A DNA stretch of 64,000 bases from an uncultured virus (IMG/VR IMGVR_UViG_2938983465_000007) (lineage: Duplodnaviria > Heunggongvirae > Uroviricota > Caudoviricetes), in IMG/VR virus record IMGVR_UViG_2938983465_000007; one strand, 5' to 3'. A program made the position numbers and the translations under genes. Every line of letters begins with the position of its first letter. Positions within the stretch are counted from its first letter, which is position 1. Below are positions 8,896-17,550 of this stretch, piece by piece. Below the pieces are notes generated by a model. That model was given only the letters and a program-made list of their open reading frames with translations, searched no databases and had not been told where the DNA came from.

Positions 8896-9353
8896 GCCTT
8901 CTGCGCCAGGTGTTGTACAGCGCCGCCCTGCTCGGTGCCCTCGGCTTGCTCCTGTGGGTACAGCAGCAGCGCATCGACCTGGCGCAGGCCCGCCTGGCCC
9001 AGGCCGAGTTGGCGAGGAAAGCCAGCGACGCCCAGCTTTCCCGCCAGGCCGGCACCATCACGGCCCTCGAGGCCGCCCTTTCCCGCGAGCGCCAGGCCCA
9101 GGCCGACCTAGACCAACAGCGGCAGCAGCTGCGCCAGGCGCTGGCCATCCGCGAACGCTTGATCGAGGACCTGAAACGTGACGATGAACCCTATCGCCAG
9201 TGGGCTGACCAGCCTCTGCCTGATGCTGCTCGCCGGCTGCAACAGCGCCCCGCTATCACCGGAGCGGCCGCTTATCATCAGTGGCTGTCCCGCCGTGACG
9301 CCCTGCAGCCTGGAGTCAGCGGCACCGAAGGACAACGGCGGCCTACAGACTGA
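8892..9353 (+). CDS. lysB: i-spanin (LysB/Rz-like)
   Basis: N-terminal TM segment, coiled coil, WADQPLP. Confidence 0.8.
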   Translation: MSLLRQVLYSAALLGALGLLLWVQQQRIDLAQARLAQAELARKASDAQLSRQAGTITALEAALSRERQAQADLDQQRQQLRQALAIRERLIEDLKRDDEPYRQWADQPLPDAARRLQQRPAITGAAAYHQWLSRRDALQPGVSGTEGQRRPTD

Positions 9354-9450
9354 AGTCGAGCGTATCGGCCTGGCCTGGGCCGAATGCGCCGCGAAGGTCG
9401 ACATGATCATCCGCACCCAAGGGGCTGCTACCCATGAACAAGCCCGATAG
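9184..9450 (+). CDS. lysC: o-spanin lipoprotein (LysC/Rz1-like)
   Basis: Lipobox LLAGC; CPAVTPC...WAECAAKVD; overlaps the i-spanin in another frame. Confidence 0.8.
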   Translation: MNPIASGLTSLCLMLLAGCNSAPLSPERPLIISGCPAVTPCSLESAAPKDNGGLQTEVERIGLAWAECAAKVDMIIRTQGAATHEQAR

Positions 9451-9970
9451 TCTGAAGGCACATCTGCTCGCCGCCGTGCCGGAACTCAGGAACAACGGCG
9501 ACCGCCTGGTGATATTCATCGACAACGGCAGGGTCCGCAGCACCTCGGCCGAGAGCCTGTCCTTCGAATACGCGTATGACCTGCAGGTGATCCTTACCGA
9601 CTTCGCCGGGCACCCCGACAGCGTGTTTCTGCCGCTGCTCGGCTGGCTGCTGGTGAACCAGTCGGAGCTGCTGGCCAACCTCACCAAGGTGCAGGACGGC
9701 ATCACCTTCGAGGCCGACATGCTCGACCGCAGCAAGGTCGACCTCGGTATCGTTCTGCCGCTGACCGAGCGTGTCGTCGTCAAGCGCCGCGAGGATGGCC
9801 GCTACGACGTGAGTCACCCGGAAGAGCCCCAGCTCACCGAGGCCATCGAGGTCGATGGGCCGATGCAGATGCTCGCCAACGGCGAGCTGCTGGCCGAGTG
9901 GACACCGCCGAAGCCCACCGAGGCCGTCATGCTCGAGACACCGCAGATCAGGCGACCGGCCAATGGCTGA
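9434..9970 (+). CDS. R: Tail completion protein (gpR)
   Basis: MNKPDSL, SLSFEYAY, LPLTERV. Confidence 0.9.
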   Translation: MNKPDSLKAHLLAAVPELRNNGDRLVIFIDNGRVRSTSAESLSFEYAYDLQVILTDFAGHPDSVFLPLLGWLLVNQSELLANLTKVQDGITFEADMLDRSKVDLGIVLPLTERVVVKRREDGRYDVSHPEEPQLTEAIEVDGPMQMLANGELLAEWTPPKPTEAVMLETPQIRRPANG

Positions 9971-10421
9971 CAGCCTCCAGGTTCTGGAAGACTGGGCGGG
10001 GCCGATTCTCCGAGCCCTCGAGCCAGGCCCTCGTGCTGCCCTCGCCCGTTCGCTGGCCCGCGATCTACGGCGCAGCCAACAGACGCGCGTGATGGCACAG
10101 CGCAACCCCGACGGCAGCGCCTACGAGCCTCGCAAGAAACGCGAACTGCGCGGCAAGCAGGGCCGTATTCGGCGCAAGATCAAGATGTTCCAGAAGCTGC
10201 GCACGGTGCGCTATCTGCGCGCCAAGGGCGACGCCCAGGCGATCACGGTTTCCTTCGCCGGCCGGGTCACGCGGATCGCGCGAGTCCACCAGTACGGGCT
10301 GAAGGATCGCGCCGAGCGTGGCGCCCCAGAGGTCCGTTATGCACAGCGGCGTCTACTCGGTTTCACCGAAGCCGACCTTGAGATGATCCGTGAGGGGCTG
10401 CTCGCTCACATTCCAGCCTGA
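9963..10421 (+). CDS. S: Virion morphogenesis / tail completion protein (gpS)
   Basis: QRNPDGSAYEPRK, IARVHQYG, RRLLGF. Confidence 0.9.
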   Translation: MADSLQVLEDWAGPILRALEPGPRAALARSLARDLRRSQQTRVMAQRNPDGSAYEPRKKRELRGKQGRIRRKIKMFQKLRTVRYLRAKGDAQAITVSFAGRVTRIARVHQYGLKDRAERGAPEVRYAQRRLLGFTEADLEMIREGLLAHIPA

Positions 10422-10423
10422 GC

Positions 10424-10473
10424 ATGTACGCGTGGCCGCTACAAACGCCGCTGGCTGCCTCCCGCGCGCGCGT
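10424..10473 (+). promoter_or_regulatory. Ogr-type late promoter element upstream of V
   Basis: ATGTAC-N9-CTACAA followed by CCGCGCGCGCG. Confidence 0.65.
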
Positions 10474-10490
10474 CGCCCACTATCGGCGGC

Positions 10491-11063
10491 ATGAACGACT
10501 TCGCCGCCCTCTCCCGCATGATCGAGAACCTGATCCGCCTCGGCACCATCGCCGCGGTGGACCATGCCGCGCAGCGCGTCCGTGTGTTGACCGGTGACCT
10601 GCTGACCGGCTGGCTGCCCTGGGCATCGCCGCGGGCCGGCGCCGACCGGGAATGGAACGCCCCCACCCTGAACGAGCAGGTACTGCTCTTCAGCCCATCC
10701 GGGCAGACCGCCAATGGCGTGGTCCTGACCGGCTTGTTCAGTGACCTGATCCCGCCCAACGGCGACCGCGACGCCCTGCATCGCACCACCTACCGCGACG
10801 GCGCGGTGATCGAGTACGACAGCGCCGCCCACCACCTGCTCGCAGTTCTTCCCGCCGGCGGTACCACCGAGCTCATCAGCGACGGCGGCATCCGCATCGT
10901 CGGCGACATCACCCACCAGGGCGACTACATCCAGACCGGCAACCAGACCGTCACCGGCAAAGTCACCGTGAGCGACGACGTGATCGCCAAGGGCATCAGC
11001 CTGGTCGGTCATACCCACGGCGGCGTCATGCCGGGCGGCGCTACGACGGGGAAACCGCAATGA
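10491..11063 (+). CDS. V: Baseplate spike (gpV)
   Basis: NLIRLGTI, TGWLPW, IEYD, C-terminal HTH iron-binding motif (GHTHGG). Confidence 0.93.
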   Translation: MNDFAALSRMIENLIRLGTIAAVDHAAQRVRVLTGDLLTGWLPWASPRAGADREWNAPTLNEQVLLFSPSGQTANGVVLTGLFSDLIPPNGDRDALHRTTYRDGAVIEYDSAAHHLLAVLPAGGTTELISDGGIRIVGDITHQGDYIQTGNQTVTGKVTVSDDVIAKGISLVGHTHGGVMPGGATTGKPQ

Positions 11064-11404
11064 ACGCCCATACCGGCGGCGCCATCGACCGCTTGGCACA
11101 CATCCGCCAGTCGATCGCCGACATCCTCACCACTCGCATCGGTACCCGCGTCATGCGACGCGAATACGGCAGCCAGTTGCCGGAGCTGATCGATGCTCCG
11201 TTCAACGACACCACCCGCCTGCAGGTCTATGCCGCCACCGCCATGGCCCTCATGCGCTGGGAACCGCGCATCCGCCTGAGCCGTGTCCAGATCACCGGTC
11301 AGAACCTGGCCGGCCAGGTGCTCATGGAGATTGACGCCACCCTGGTGGACAGCAACGAGCCGCACAACCTGAGCATCCCCCTGCAGATGGGCGCCAGCGC
11401 ATGA
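11060..11404 (+). CDS. W: Baseplate protein (gpW / gp25-like)
   Basis: HIRQSIADILTT, RVMRREYGS, RWEPRI. Confidence 0.92.
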   Translation: MNAHTGGAIDRLAHIRQSIADILTTRIGTRVMRREYGSQLPELIDAPFNDTTRLQVYAATAMALMRWEPRIRLSRVQITGQNLAGQVLMEIDATLVDSNEPHNLSIPLQMGASA

Positions 11405-12318
11405 CAACGAACTTCGTCGCCATCGACCTCAGCCAGTTGCCACCACCACACGCGGTGGAGCAACTGGACTACGAGCAGATACTCGCCGAGCGCAAGGCCT
11501 ACGCCATCAGCCTCTGGCCGGAGGATCAGCAGGCGGAAATCACCGCCCGCCTCGCCCTGGAGTCCGAACCGCTGACCAAGCTGCTCGAGGAAAACGCGTA
11601 CCGCGAAATGCTCTGGCGCCAGCGGGTCAACGAGGCGGCTCTCGCCAACATGCTGGCCAGCGCCCAGGGCGCCGATCTCGACCAGCTCGCCGCGAACTAC
11701 AACGTCAAGCGCCTGGTCATCCAGCCCGGAGATCCGTCGAAGGTGCCGCCCGTGCCGGAACTGCTGGAGTCCGACGACAGCCTGCGCGAGCGGGCGCAGA
11801 TGGCCTGGGAAGGCCTCAGCACCGCGGGACCGCGTAACAGCTACATCTTCCACGCCCGCGCCGCTGACGGCCGCGTCGGCGATGCCTCGGCCGTCAGCCC
11901 CTCGCCCGCAGTTGCAGTGATCACCGTGCAGTCGGCCATCGGTAACGGCACCGCGCCAGCAGAGCTGCTGGCCGTCGTAGAGCGCTATCTCTCAGACGAA
12001 GATCGCCGCCCAGTCGCCGACCGACTGATCGTCCAGAGCGCCGAAGTCATCGAGTACAGCATCAGCGCATCGCTGTTTCTTACGACCATCGGCCCCGAAG
12101 CCGAGCCGATCCAGGCCGCCGCCCGCGCGCAGCTCGAGGCCTATGTCTTTCAACGACGGCGGTTGGGGATGGAAGTATCAGAGTCGGCGATCCATGCCGC
12201 GCTGCACGTCGAAGGGGTTCGTAAAGTCGAACTCGCCGGCTGGGCAGACATCGCCGCCACTGCAAGCCAGGCGCCGTACTGCACGAACATCACGCTCACT
12301 ATCGGTACCGAGCCATGA
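11401..12318 (+). CDS. J: Baseplate protein J
   Basis: IDLSQLPPP, LESEPLTKLL, LSTAGP, RPVADR. Confidence 0.93.
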   Translation: MTTNFVAIDLSQLPPPHAVEQLDYEQILAERKAYAISLWPEDQQAEITARLALESEPLTKLLEENAYREMLWRQRVNEAALANMLASAQGADLDQLAANYNVKRLVIQPGDPSKVPPVPELLESDDSLRERAQMAWEGLSTAGPRNSYIFHARAADGRVGDASAVSPSPAVAVITVQSAIGNGTAPAELLAVVERYLSDEDRRPVADRLIVQSAEVIEYSISASLFLTTIGPEAEPIQAAARAQLEAYVFQRRRLGMEVSESAIHAALHVEGVRKVELAGWADIAATASQAPYCTNITLTIGTEP

Positions 12319-12932
12319 CCGCGGTGCCACTGCTACCTCGCAACGCCTCAGAGCTCGAACGCCTGGCAGCCCGGGCGCTGGCGGAGATACAGCGGGTACC
12401 GATCCCGCTGCGCACGCTCTGCAACCCTGATACCTGCCCTGCGAATCTGCTGCCGTACCTCGCGTGGGCGTTTTCCGTTGACCGCTGGAGCAGCGCGTGG
12501 CCTGAATCGGCACGCCGCGGCGCCATCCGCTCGGCATTCTTCATCCATTCGCGCAAGGGCACGATCGGCGCCTTGCGCCGCGTAGTTGAACCACTGGGGT
12601 ATCTGATCGAGGTCCGTGAGTGGTGGCAGCAGGCGCCGGCCGGCATCCCCGGAACCTTCGAACTGCTGGTCGGCGTACTCGAAACCGGTATTACCGAAGA
12701 GATGTACGAGGAACTGACCTGGCTGATCGACGACGCCAAGCCTTTGACCCGGCACCTCGTCGGCCTCGCCATCAGCCTTGAGAGCACCGGCAGCGTGCGC
12801 CTGGGTGCAGCCGTCTACGACGGCGACGAAATCGACGTTTATCCCCCGAGCCCCCGCGACATCGAAGTCACCGGCACCATCGGCCGGGGCGGTCGCGATC
12901 ACACCATCGATACCCTGGATGTGTACCCATGA
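12315..12932 (+). CDS. I: Tail protein I
   Basis: LLPYLAWAFSVDRW, HSRKGTIGA. Confidence 0.93.
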   Translation: MTAVPLLPRNASELERLAARALAEIQRVPIPLRTLCNPDTCPANLLPYLAWAFSVDRWSSAWPESARRGAIRSAFFIHSRKGTIGALRRVVEPLGYLIEVREWWQQAPAGIPGTFELLVGVLETGITEEMYEELTWLIDDAKPLTRHLVGLAISLESTGSVRLGAAVYDGDEIDVYPPSPRDIEVTGTIGRGGRDHTIDTLDVYP

Positions 12933-14746
12933 TCGATCAGAATTCACAGTTCTTCGCCATCCTGACCAACATCGGCGCGGCCAAGCAGGCCAACGCCGAT
13001 GCGCTGGGCATCCCATGGAAGATTACCCAGATGGGCGTGGGTGACGCGGGCGGCACCGACCCGATTCCGTCCCCCACCCAGACCGCGCTGGTCAACGAGC
13101 GACGCCGGGCGCCGCTCAACCAGTTGAAGGTGGATCCGCAGAATGCGGCGGTGATCATCGCCGAACAGATCATCCCGGAGAACGTCGGCGGCTGGTGGAT
13201 CCGTGAAATCGGGCTCTACGATGCCGACAACGACCTTGTCGCGGTCGCAAACTGCGCGCCCAGCTTCAAACCATTGCTGAATCAGGGGTCGGGACGCACA
13301 CAGGTTGTGCGCATGAACCTGATCGTCAGCAACTCCGCCAACGTCGAGTTGAAAATCGATCCTGCAGTGGTGCTTGCCACGCGCGCCTATGTACTCGACC
13401 AGTTGAAGAGCTACGCCCCGCTCTTCTCACCGGCATTCAGCGGAGCACCAACAGCCCCCACCCCACCACTGTTCGCACACGACCAGAAGCTTGCGACGAC
13501 CGAGTACGTCAGAATGGCCCTGGGTAGCGCCGCGCGCGCAATCTCATACACCGGCAATACGGTGCTGGATGAACCGGTAATCGGTTCGATCCTCGTCGCG
13601 GGCTCGCATGACCGCGATTTCACATGGACCACGCCGAACCTGTCTGTTCTTCCAACTGGCGCGTCGTTCCACATCGTCAACATCAGCGGTTCGACACTGA
13701 CGCTGGTCCAGCGTACCGCAGCGGATCACTACATCAGCGCGGACGACCCGTCCGGCGTCGCAATCTCGTACACGATACCGAACAATGTCACCGCAACTAT
13801 CTCGAAGTACCAGCCAGGCCTTTGGCTGATCAGCCACGTGTCACGCCCGACCGCTGCGCTGAAGAGCCTCGTGGATGGGCTGATCGACGGAACGAAGCCC
13901 GCAGGGAAAGCCGTGCAACTCGCGAACTCTCGCAAGCTCACGCTGAGTGGCCAGGCCAGCGGCAGCGTTCAGTTCGATGGCTCGAGCGACGTAACGATCG
14001 ACGTCCGGCTCGCCGATAACCTCGTCCTGACGGGCTCCCCCAGCGCACCGACGCCGGCGGCGTTCGATAGGGATTCGTCGATCGCCACGACCGAATATGT
14101 GCGTGCCGCTCTCGGTAGCATGGCCGGCGCAGCGGTGCTGACGGGCGATGCTATCCTCGACGCCCCCCTCGTCGGCCTGACTGTGGTGGCCGGCGCACAT
14201 AACCGAGAATCGACGTGGACGACGCCGCAGCTTTCGGCGCTCCCACAAGGCGCCTCGCTGCGCTTGGTCAACCTGAGCGGCTTCACCGTAACGCTGGTGC
14301 AACGCTCGACAACCGACCGCTTCATCAGCGCAACCGACCCATCCGGGACTGCTACCACCTACATCATCCCCAACGGCACGTCGATTTCCCTCACGAAATA
14401 CCAGGCGTCGATGTGGCTTATCGAAGCCACCCCGGCATTCCCCGCGCTGCGCTCGTCGCCGGGCTATCAGAAGCTGCCGAGCGGCCTGATTCTGCAGTTC
14501 GGCAGCGTCAGCATTCCGCCCGGCACCGGCGAAAGCACCGGATGGGCCACGCTACCCATCGCGTTCCCGAATGGTCCATTGACCGTCGTGCCGTCGCTGC
14601 AATACGGCGGGACCAGTTCGAGCTGGTACGGGTTCAGCGTCTGGTCAGGAAGCATTACGCCCACGGCGATCGCCTGCTCACTGAACAGCGGTTCGACGCC
14701 GCGCGAGGTGGCCGGCGCCGTGAACTACGTTGCAATCGGATACTGA
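12929..14746 (+). CDS. H: Tail fibre protein (gpH) with an internal tandem duplication
   Basis: Conserved N-terminus (GGWWIREIGL, KIDPAVVLATR), two PxAPTP...ATTEYV modules, GYQKLPSGLILQFG C-terminal domain. Confidence 0.92.
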   Translation: MIDQNSQFFAILTNIGAAKQANADALGIPWKITQMGVGDAGGTDPIPSPTQTALVNERRRAPLNQLKVDPQNAAVIIAEQIIPENVGGWWIREIGLYDADNDLVAVANCAPSFKPLLNQGSGRTQVVRMNLIVSNSANVELKIDPAVVLATRAYVLDQLKSYAPLFSPAFSGAPTAPTPPLFAHDQKLATTEYVRMALGSAARAISYTGNTVLDEPVIGSILVAGSHDRDFTWTTPNLSVLPTGASFHIVNISGSTLTLVQRTAADHYISADDPSGVAISYTIPNNVTATISKYQPGLWLISHVSRPTAALKSLVDGLIDGTKPAGKAVQLANSRKLTLSGQASGSVQFDGSSDVTIDVRLADNLVLTGSPSAPTPAAFDRDSSIATTEYVRAALGSMAGAAVLTGDAILDAPLVGLTVVAGAHNRESTWTTPQLSALPQGASLRLVNLSGFTVTLVQRSTTDRFISATDPSGTATTYIIPNGTSISLTKYQASMWLIEATPAFPALRSSPGYQKLPSGLILQFGSVSIPPGTGESTGWATLPIAFPNGPLTVVPSLQYGGTSSSWYGFSVWSGSITPTAIACSLNSGSTPREVAGAVNYVAIGY

Positions 14747-14755
14747 GGACAGAAC

Positions 14756-15190
14756 ATGGCGCACTTCTTCGGCGCAGATCCCGTCGCTTTCTACGACACA
14801 GCGATCAACACCGACATCCCCGACGATGCCGTAGAGATCACCGCAGACGAGCACGCCGCTCTGCTCGCGGCCCAGGCGCGCGGCAAGCGCATCGCCGCCG
14901 GCAAAGACGGTCGGCCGATCCTGCTGGACCCACCTGCACCCACGCGGGACGAACTGGAGAGCTTCGAGCGCATCTGGCGCGACGCACGGTTACGCGAAAC
15001 AGACCCACTGGTTTCCCGGCACCGCGACGAGATCGAGGCCGGGGACGTGCCCACGCTCGACGCCGAGAAATACAGCGCACTACAGACCTACCGGCGCGCA
15101 CTCCGGGACTGGCCGGAAGCTGGAGAGTTTCCGCTCGCAGAACACCGGCCGAGAGCGCCGGAATGGCTGGCAGACGAACTGGCGTTCTGA
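14756..15190 (+). CDS. Tail fibre assembly chaperone
   Basis: IPDDAVEIT, WRDARL, YRRALRDWP; follows the fibre gene. Confidence 0.85.
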   Translation: MAHFFGADPVAFYDTAINTDIPDDAVEITADEHAALLAAQARGKRIAAGKDGRPILLDPPAPTRDELESFERIWRDARLRETDPLVSRHRDEIEAGDVPTLDAEKYSALQTYRRALRDWPEAGEFPLAEHRPRAPEWLADELAF

Positions 15191-15194
15191 CATT

Positions 15195-15249
15195 TTGTAG
15201 AGCGCCGGACCACAAGGCGCCTCGCTCGCTGTTCCACCGCGCGCGCGGC
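15195..15249 (+). promoter_or_regulatory. Ogr-type late promoter element upstream of FI
   Basis: TTGTAG-N9-CCACAA followed by CCGCGCGCGCGGC. Confidence 0.65.
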
Positions 15250-15290
15250 AGCCTGTGCAGTGTCATCCAACCACTGCACAGGCACACCCA

Positions 15291-16466
15291 ATGGCCGCTG
15301 ACCAATATCATCACGGTGTCCGGGTCCAAGAGATCAACGACGGGACCCGCCCCATTCGCACCATCGCCACCGCGATCATCGGCCTGGTAGCCACCGCCGA
15401 CGACGCCGACGCCACCGCCTTCCCGCTCGATACGCCGGTACTCATCACCAACGTTCAGGCCGCCATCGGTAAGGCTGGCACTAGCGGTACGCTGGCCGCC
15501 AGCCTGCAGGCGATCGCCGACCAGGCCAACGCCGCGACCGTTGTGGTGCGAGTGAAGCCGGGCGAGGATGAAGCCGCGACCAACAGCGCGGTCATCGGCG
15601 GCGTCAGCGCCGATGGCAAGTACACCGGCATGAAGGCCTTGCTTGCCGCCAAGGCCCGCTTGGGCGTGGTACCGCGCATCCTCGGCGCGCCGGGCCTGGA
15701 TACCCAGCCGGTCGCTACCGCACTCATCGCCATCGCCCTGCAGTTGCGCGGCTTCGCCTACGTCTCCGCAAACGGCTGCAAGACCAAGGAAGAGGCCACC
15801 GCCTACCGCGAGAACTTCGCCGCGCGCGAAGCCATGGTGATCTGGCCGGACTTCCTGACTTGGAGCACCGTGGTCAACCAGACCGTGCCTGCGCCAGCTG
15901 TTGCCCAGGCCCTGGGCTTGCGCGCCCGGATCGATCAGGAGGTCGGTTGGCACAAGACCCTGTCGAACGTCGCCGTCAACGGCGTGACCGGCATCAGCGC
16001 CGACGTGTTCTGGGACCTGCAGAGCCCCAGCACCGACGCCAACTACCTCAACGAGAACGAGGTCACCACCCTGGTGCAGGAAGGCGGATTCCGTTTCTGG
16101 GGTTCGCGCACCTGCAGCGATGATCCGCTGTTCGCCTTCGAGAACTACACCCGCACCGCCCAAGTGCTGGCCGACACCATCGCCGAGGCGCACATGTGGG
16201 CAGTCGACAAGCCCATGCATCCGTCACTGGTGCGCGACATCCTTGAGGGCGTGAACGCCAAGTTCCGCGAGCTCAAGGGACTCGGCCTGATCATCGACGC
16301 CCAAGCCTGGTACGACCCCAACGTGAACGACAAGGACACGCTCAAGGCCGGCAAGCTGCGCATCACCTACGACTACACCCCGGTGCCGCCGCTCGAGGAC
16401 CTGACCTTCTTCCAGAAGATCACCGACAGCTACCTCGTCGACTTCGCCAGCCGCGTCAACGCCTGA
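15291..16466 (+). CDS. FI: Tail sheath protein (FI)
   Basis: YHHGVRV, PRILGAPG, GWHKTLSNV, GFRFWGSRTC. Confidence 0.95.
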   Translation: MAADQYHHGVRVQEINDGTRPIRTIATAIIGLVATADDADATAFPLDTPVLITNVQAAIGKAGTSGTLAASLQAIADQANAATVVVRVKPGEDEAATNSAVIGGVSADGKYTGMKALLAAKARLGVVPRILGAPGLDTQPVATALIAIALQLRGFAYVSANGCKTKEEATAYRENFAAREAMVIWPDFLTWSTVVNQTVPAPAVAQALGLRARIDQEVGWHKTLSNVAVNGVTGISADVFWDLQSPSTDANYLNENEVTTLVQEGGFRFWGSRTCSDDPLFAFENYTRTAQVLADTIAEAHMWAVDKPMHPSLVRDILEGVNAKFRELKGLGLIIDAQAWYDPNVNDKDTLKAGKLRITYDYTPVPPLEDLTFFQKITDSYLVDFASRVNA

Positions 16467-16522
16467 CACCCAGCGCTCCCCGGACGGGGAGCCGACCCAC
16501 CTGATTCCCGGAGAGCCCTACC

Positions 16523-17038
16523 ATGGCCATGCCGCGCAAGCTCAAGAACATGAACCTCTTCAACGACGGCGGTAGCTACCAGGGCGTCGTGAAGTCCTGC
16601 ACCCTGCCCCCGCTGGCCCGCAAGATGGAGGCCTTCCGCGGGGGCGGCATGAACGGCCCGGTCAAGGCCGACCTAGGCTTCGACGATGACGGCATCCAGT
16701 TCGAGTGGACCCTCGGCGGCCTGGATCTGACAGCCCTCAAGCAGTACGGCGCAGTCAGTGCCAGCGGCGTCATGCTGCGCTTCGCCGGCTCATTCCAGCA
16801 AGACGATACCGGCGAAGTCACGCCCGTCGAAATCGTCGTTCGCGGCCGGCACGAGACCATCGAAATGGGTGACGCCCAGCCCGGCGAAGACACCGAGCAC
16901 AAGATCACCACCACCTGCAGCTACTACAAGCTCGTCGTCAACGGCGAGGAAGTCATCGAGATCGACCTGCTGAACTTCGTCGAGAAGGTCAACGGCAAGG
17001 ACCTGCTCGAGGCACAGCGCAAGGCCATCGGCCTGTAA
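16523..17038 (+). CDS. FII: Tail tube protein (FII)
   Basis: PRKLKNMNLF, RGGGMNG, YYKL. Confidence 0.95.
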   Translation: MAMPRKLKNMNLFNDGGSYQGVVKSCTLPPLARKMEAFRGGGMNGPVKADLGFDDDGIQFEWTLGGLDLTALKQYGAVSASGVMLRFAGSFQQDDTGEVTPVEIVVRGRHETIEMGDAQPGEDTEHKITTTCSYYKLVVNGEEVIEIDLLNFVEKVNGKDLLEAQRKAIGL

Positions 17039-17092
17039 TCCCTTCCCGCCGGCCCGGCCGGCGGTTTCTCTCCCCCTTGGATACCGACGCCC

Positions 17093-17422
17093 ATGAAAAC
17101 CGAACAGACTCCCGCTGACCTGCAGAGCGCTCCCGACAACGTCGTCACCCTCGACCAGCCGATCAAGCGCGGCGCCCAGTCCATCGAATCGCTCACCCTG
17201 CGCAAGCCCTCCTCTGGCGAACTGCGCGGCCTGCACCTGCTCGACCTGCTGCAATTCGATGTGGCTGCGACCATGAAAATCCTGCCACGCATCAGCCAGC
17301 CGACCATCACCGAGCCCGAGGCCGCCGGCATGGACCCGGCCGACCTGCTCGCCTGCGGCCAGGTGATCGCCGGTTTTTTGCTGCAGAAGCGGGCGAAGGC
17401 GGCAGCCTCCCTGATCGCGTAG
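17093..17422 (+). CDS. E: Tail assembly chaperone (gpE)
   Basis: TLDQPIKRG, LRKPSSGELRG, LPRISQP; TTTTTTG near the 3' end. Confidence 0.9.
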   Translation: MKTEQTPADLQSAPDNVVTLDQPIKRGAQSIESLTLRKPSSGELRGLHLLDLLQFDVAATMKILPRISQPTITEPEAAGMDPADLLACGQVIAGFLLQKRAKAAASLIA

Positions 17423-17550
17423 AAAACGCCATGGCCGACCTGGCCGTGACGTTTCACTGGGCGCCGGACCATATGGACCGGCTCTCGCTCACCGAACTAA
17501 TGGAATGGCGCGAACGCGCCCGGGTACGGAGTTCCGCCGATGGCGAATGA
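17374..17550 (+). CDS. E' extension reached by a -1 frameshift (gpE+E')
   Basis: TTTTTTG at 17374-17380; the -1 frame is open through MADLAVTFHW...ELMEWRERA to TGA at 17550. Confidence 0.8.
   Translation, partial: FFAAEAGEGGSLPDRVENAMADLAVTFHWAPDHMDRLSLTELMEWRERARVRSSADGE

Noticed and set aside
12929..15190. Invertible tail-fibre cassette or diversity-generating retroelement
   Set aside because: No invertase or reverse transcriptase in the window; the duplication is diverged and within one frame
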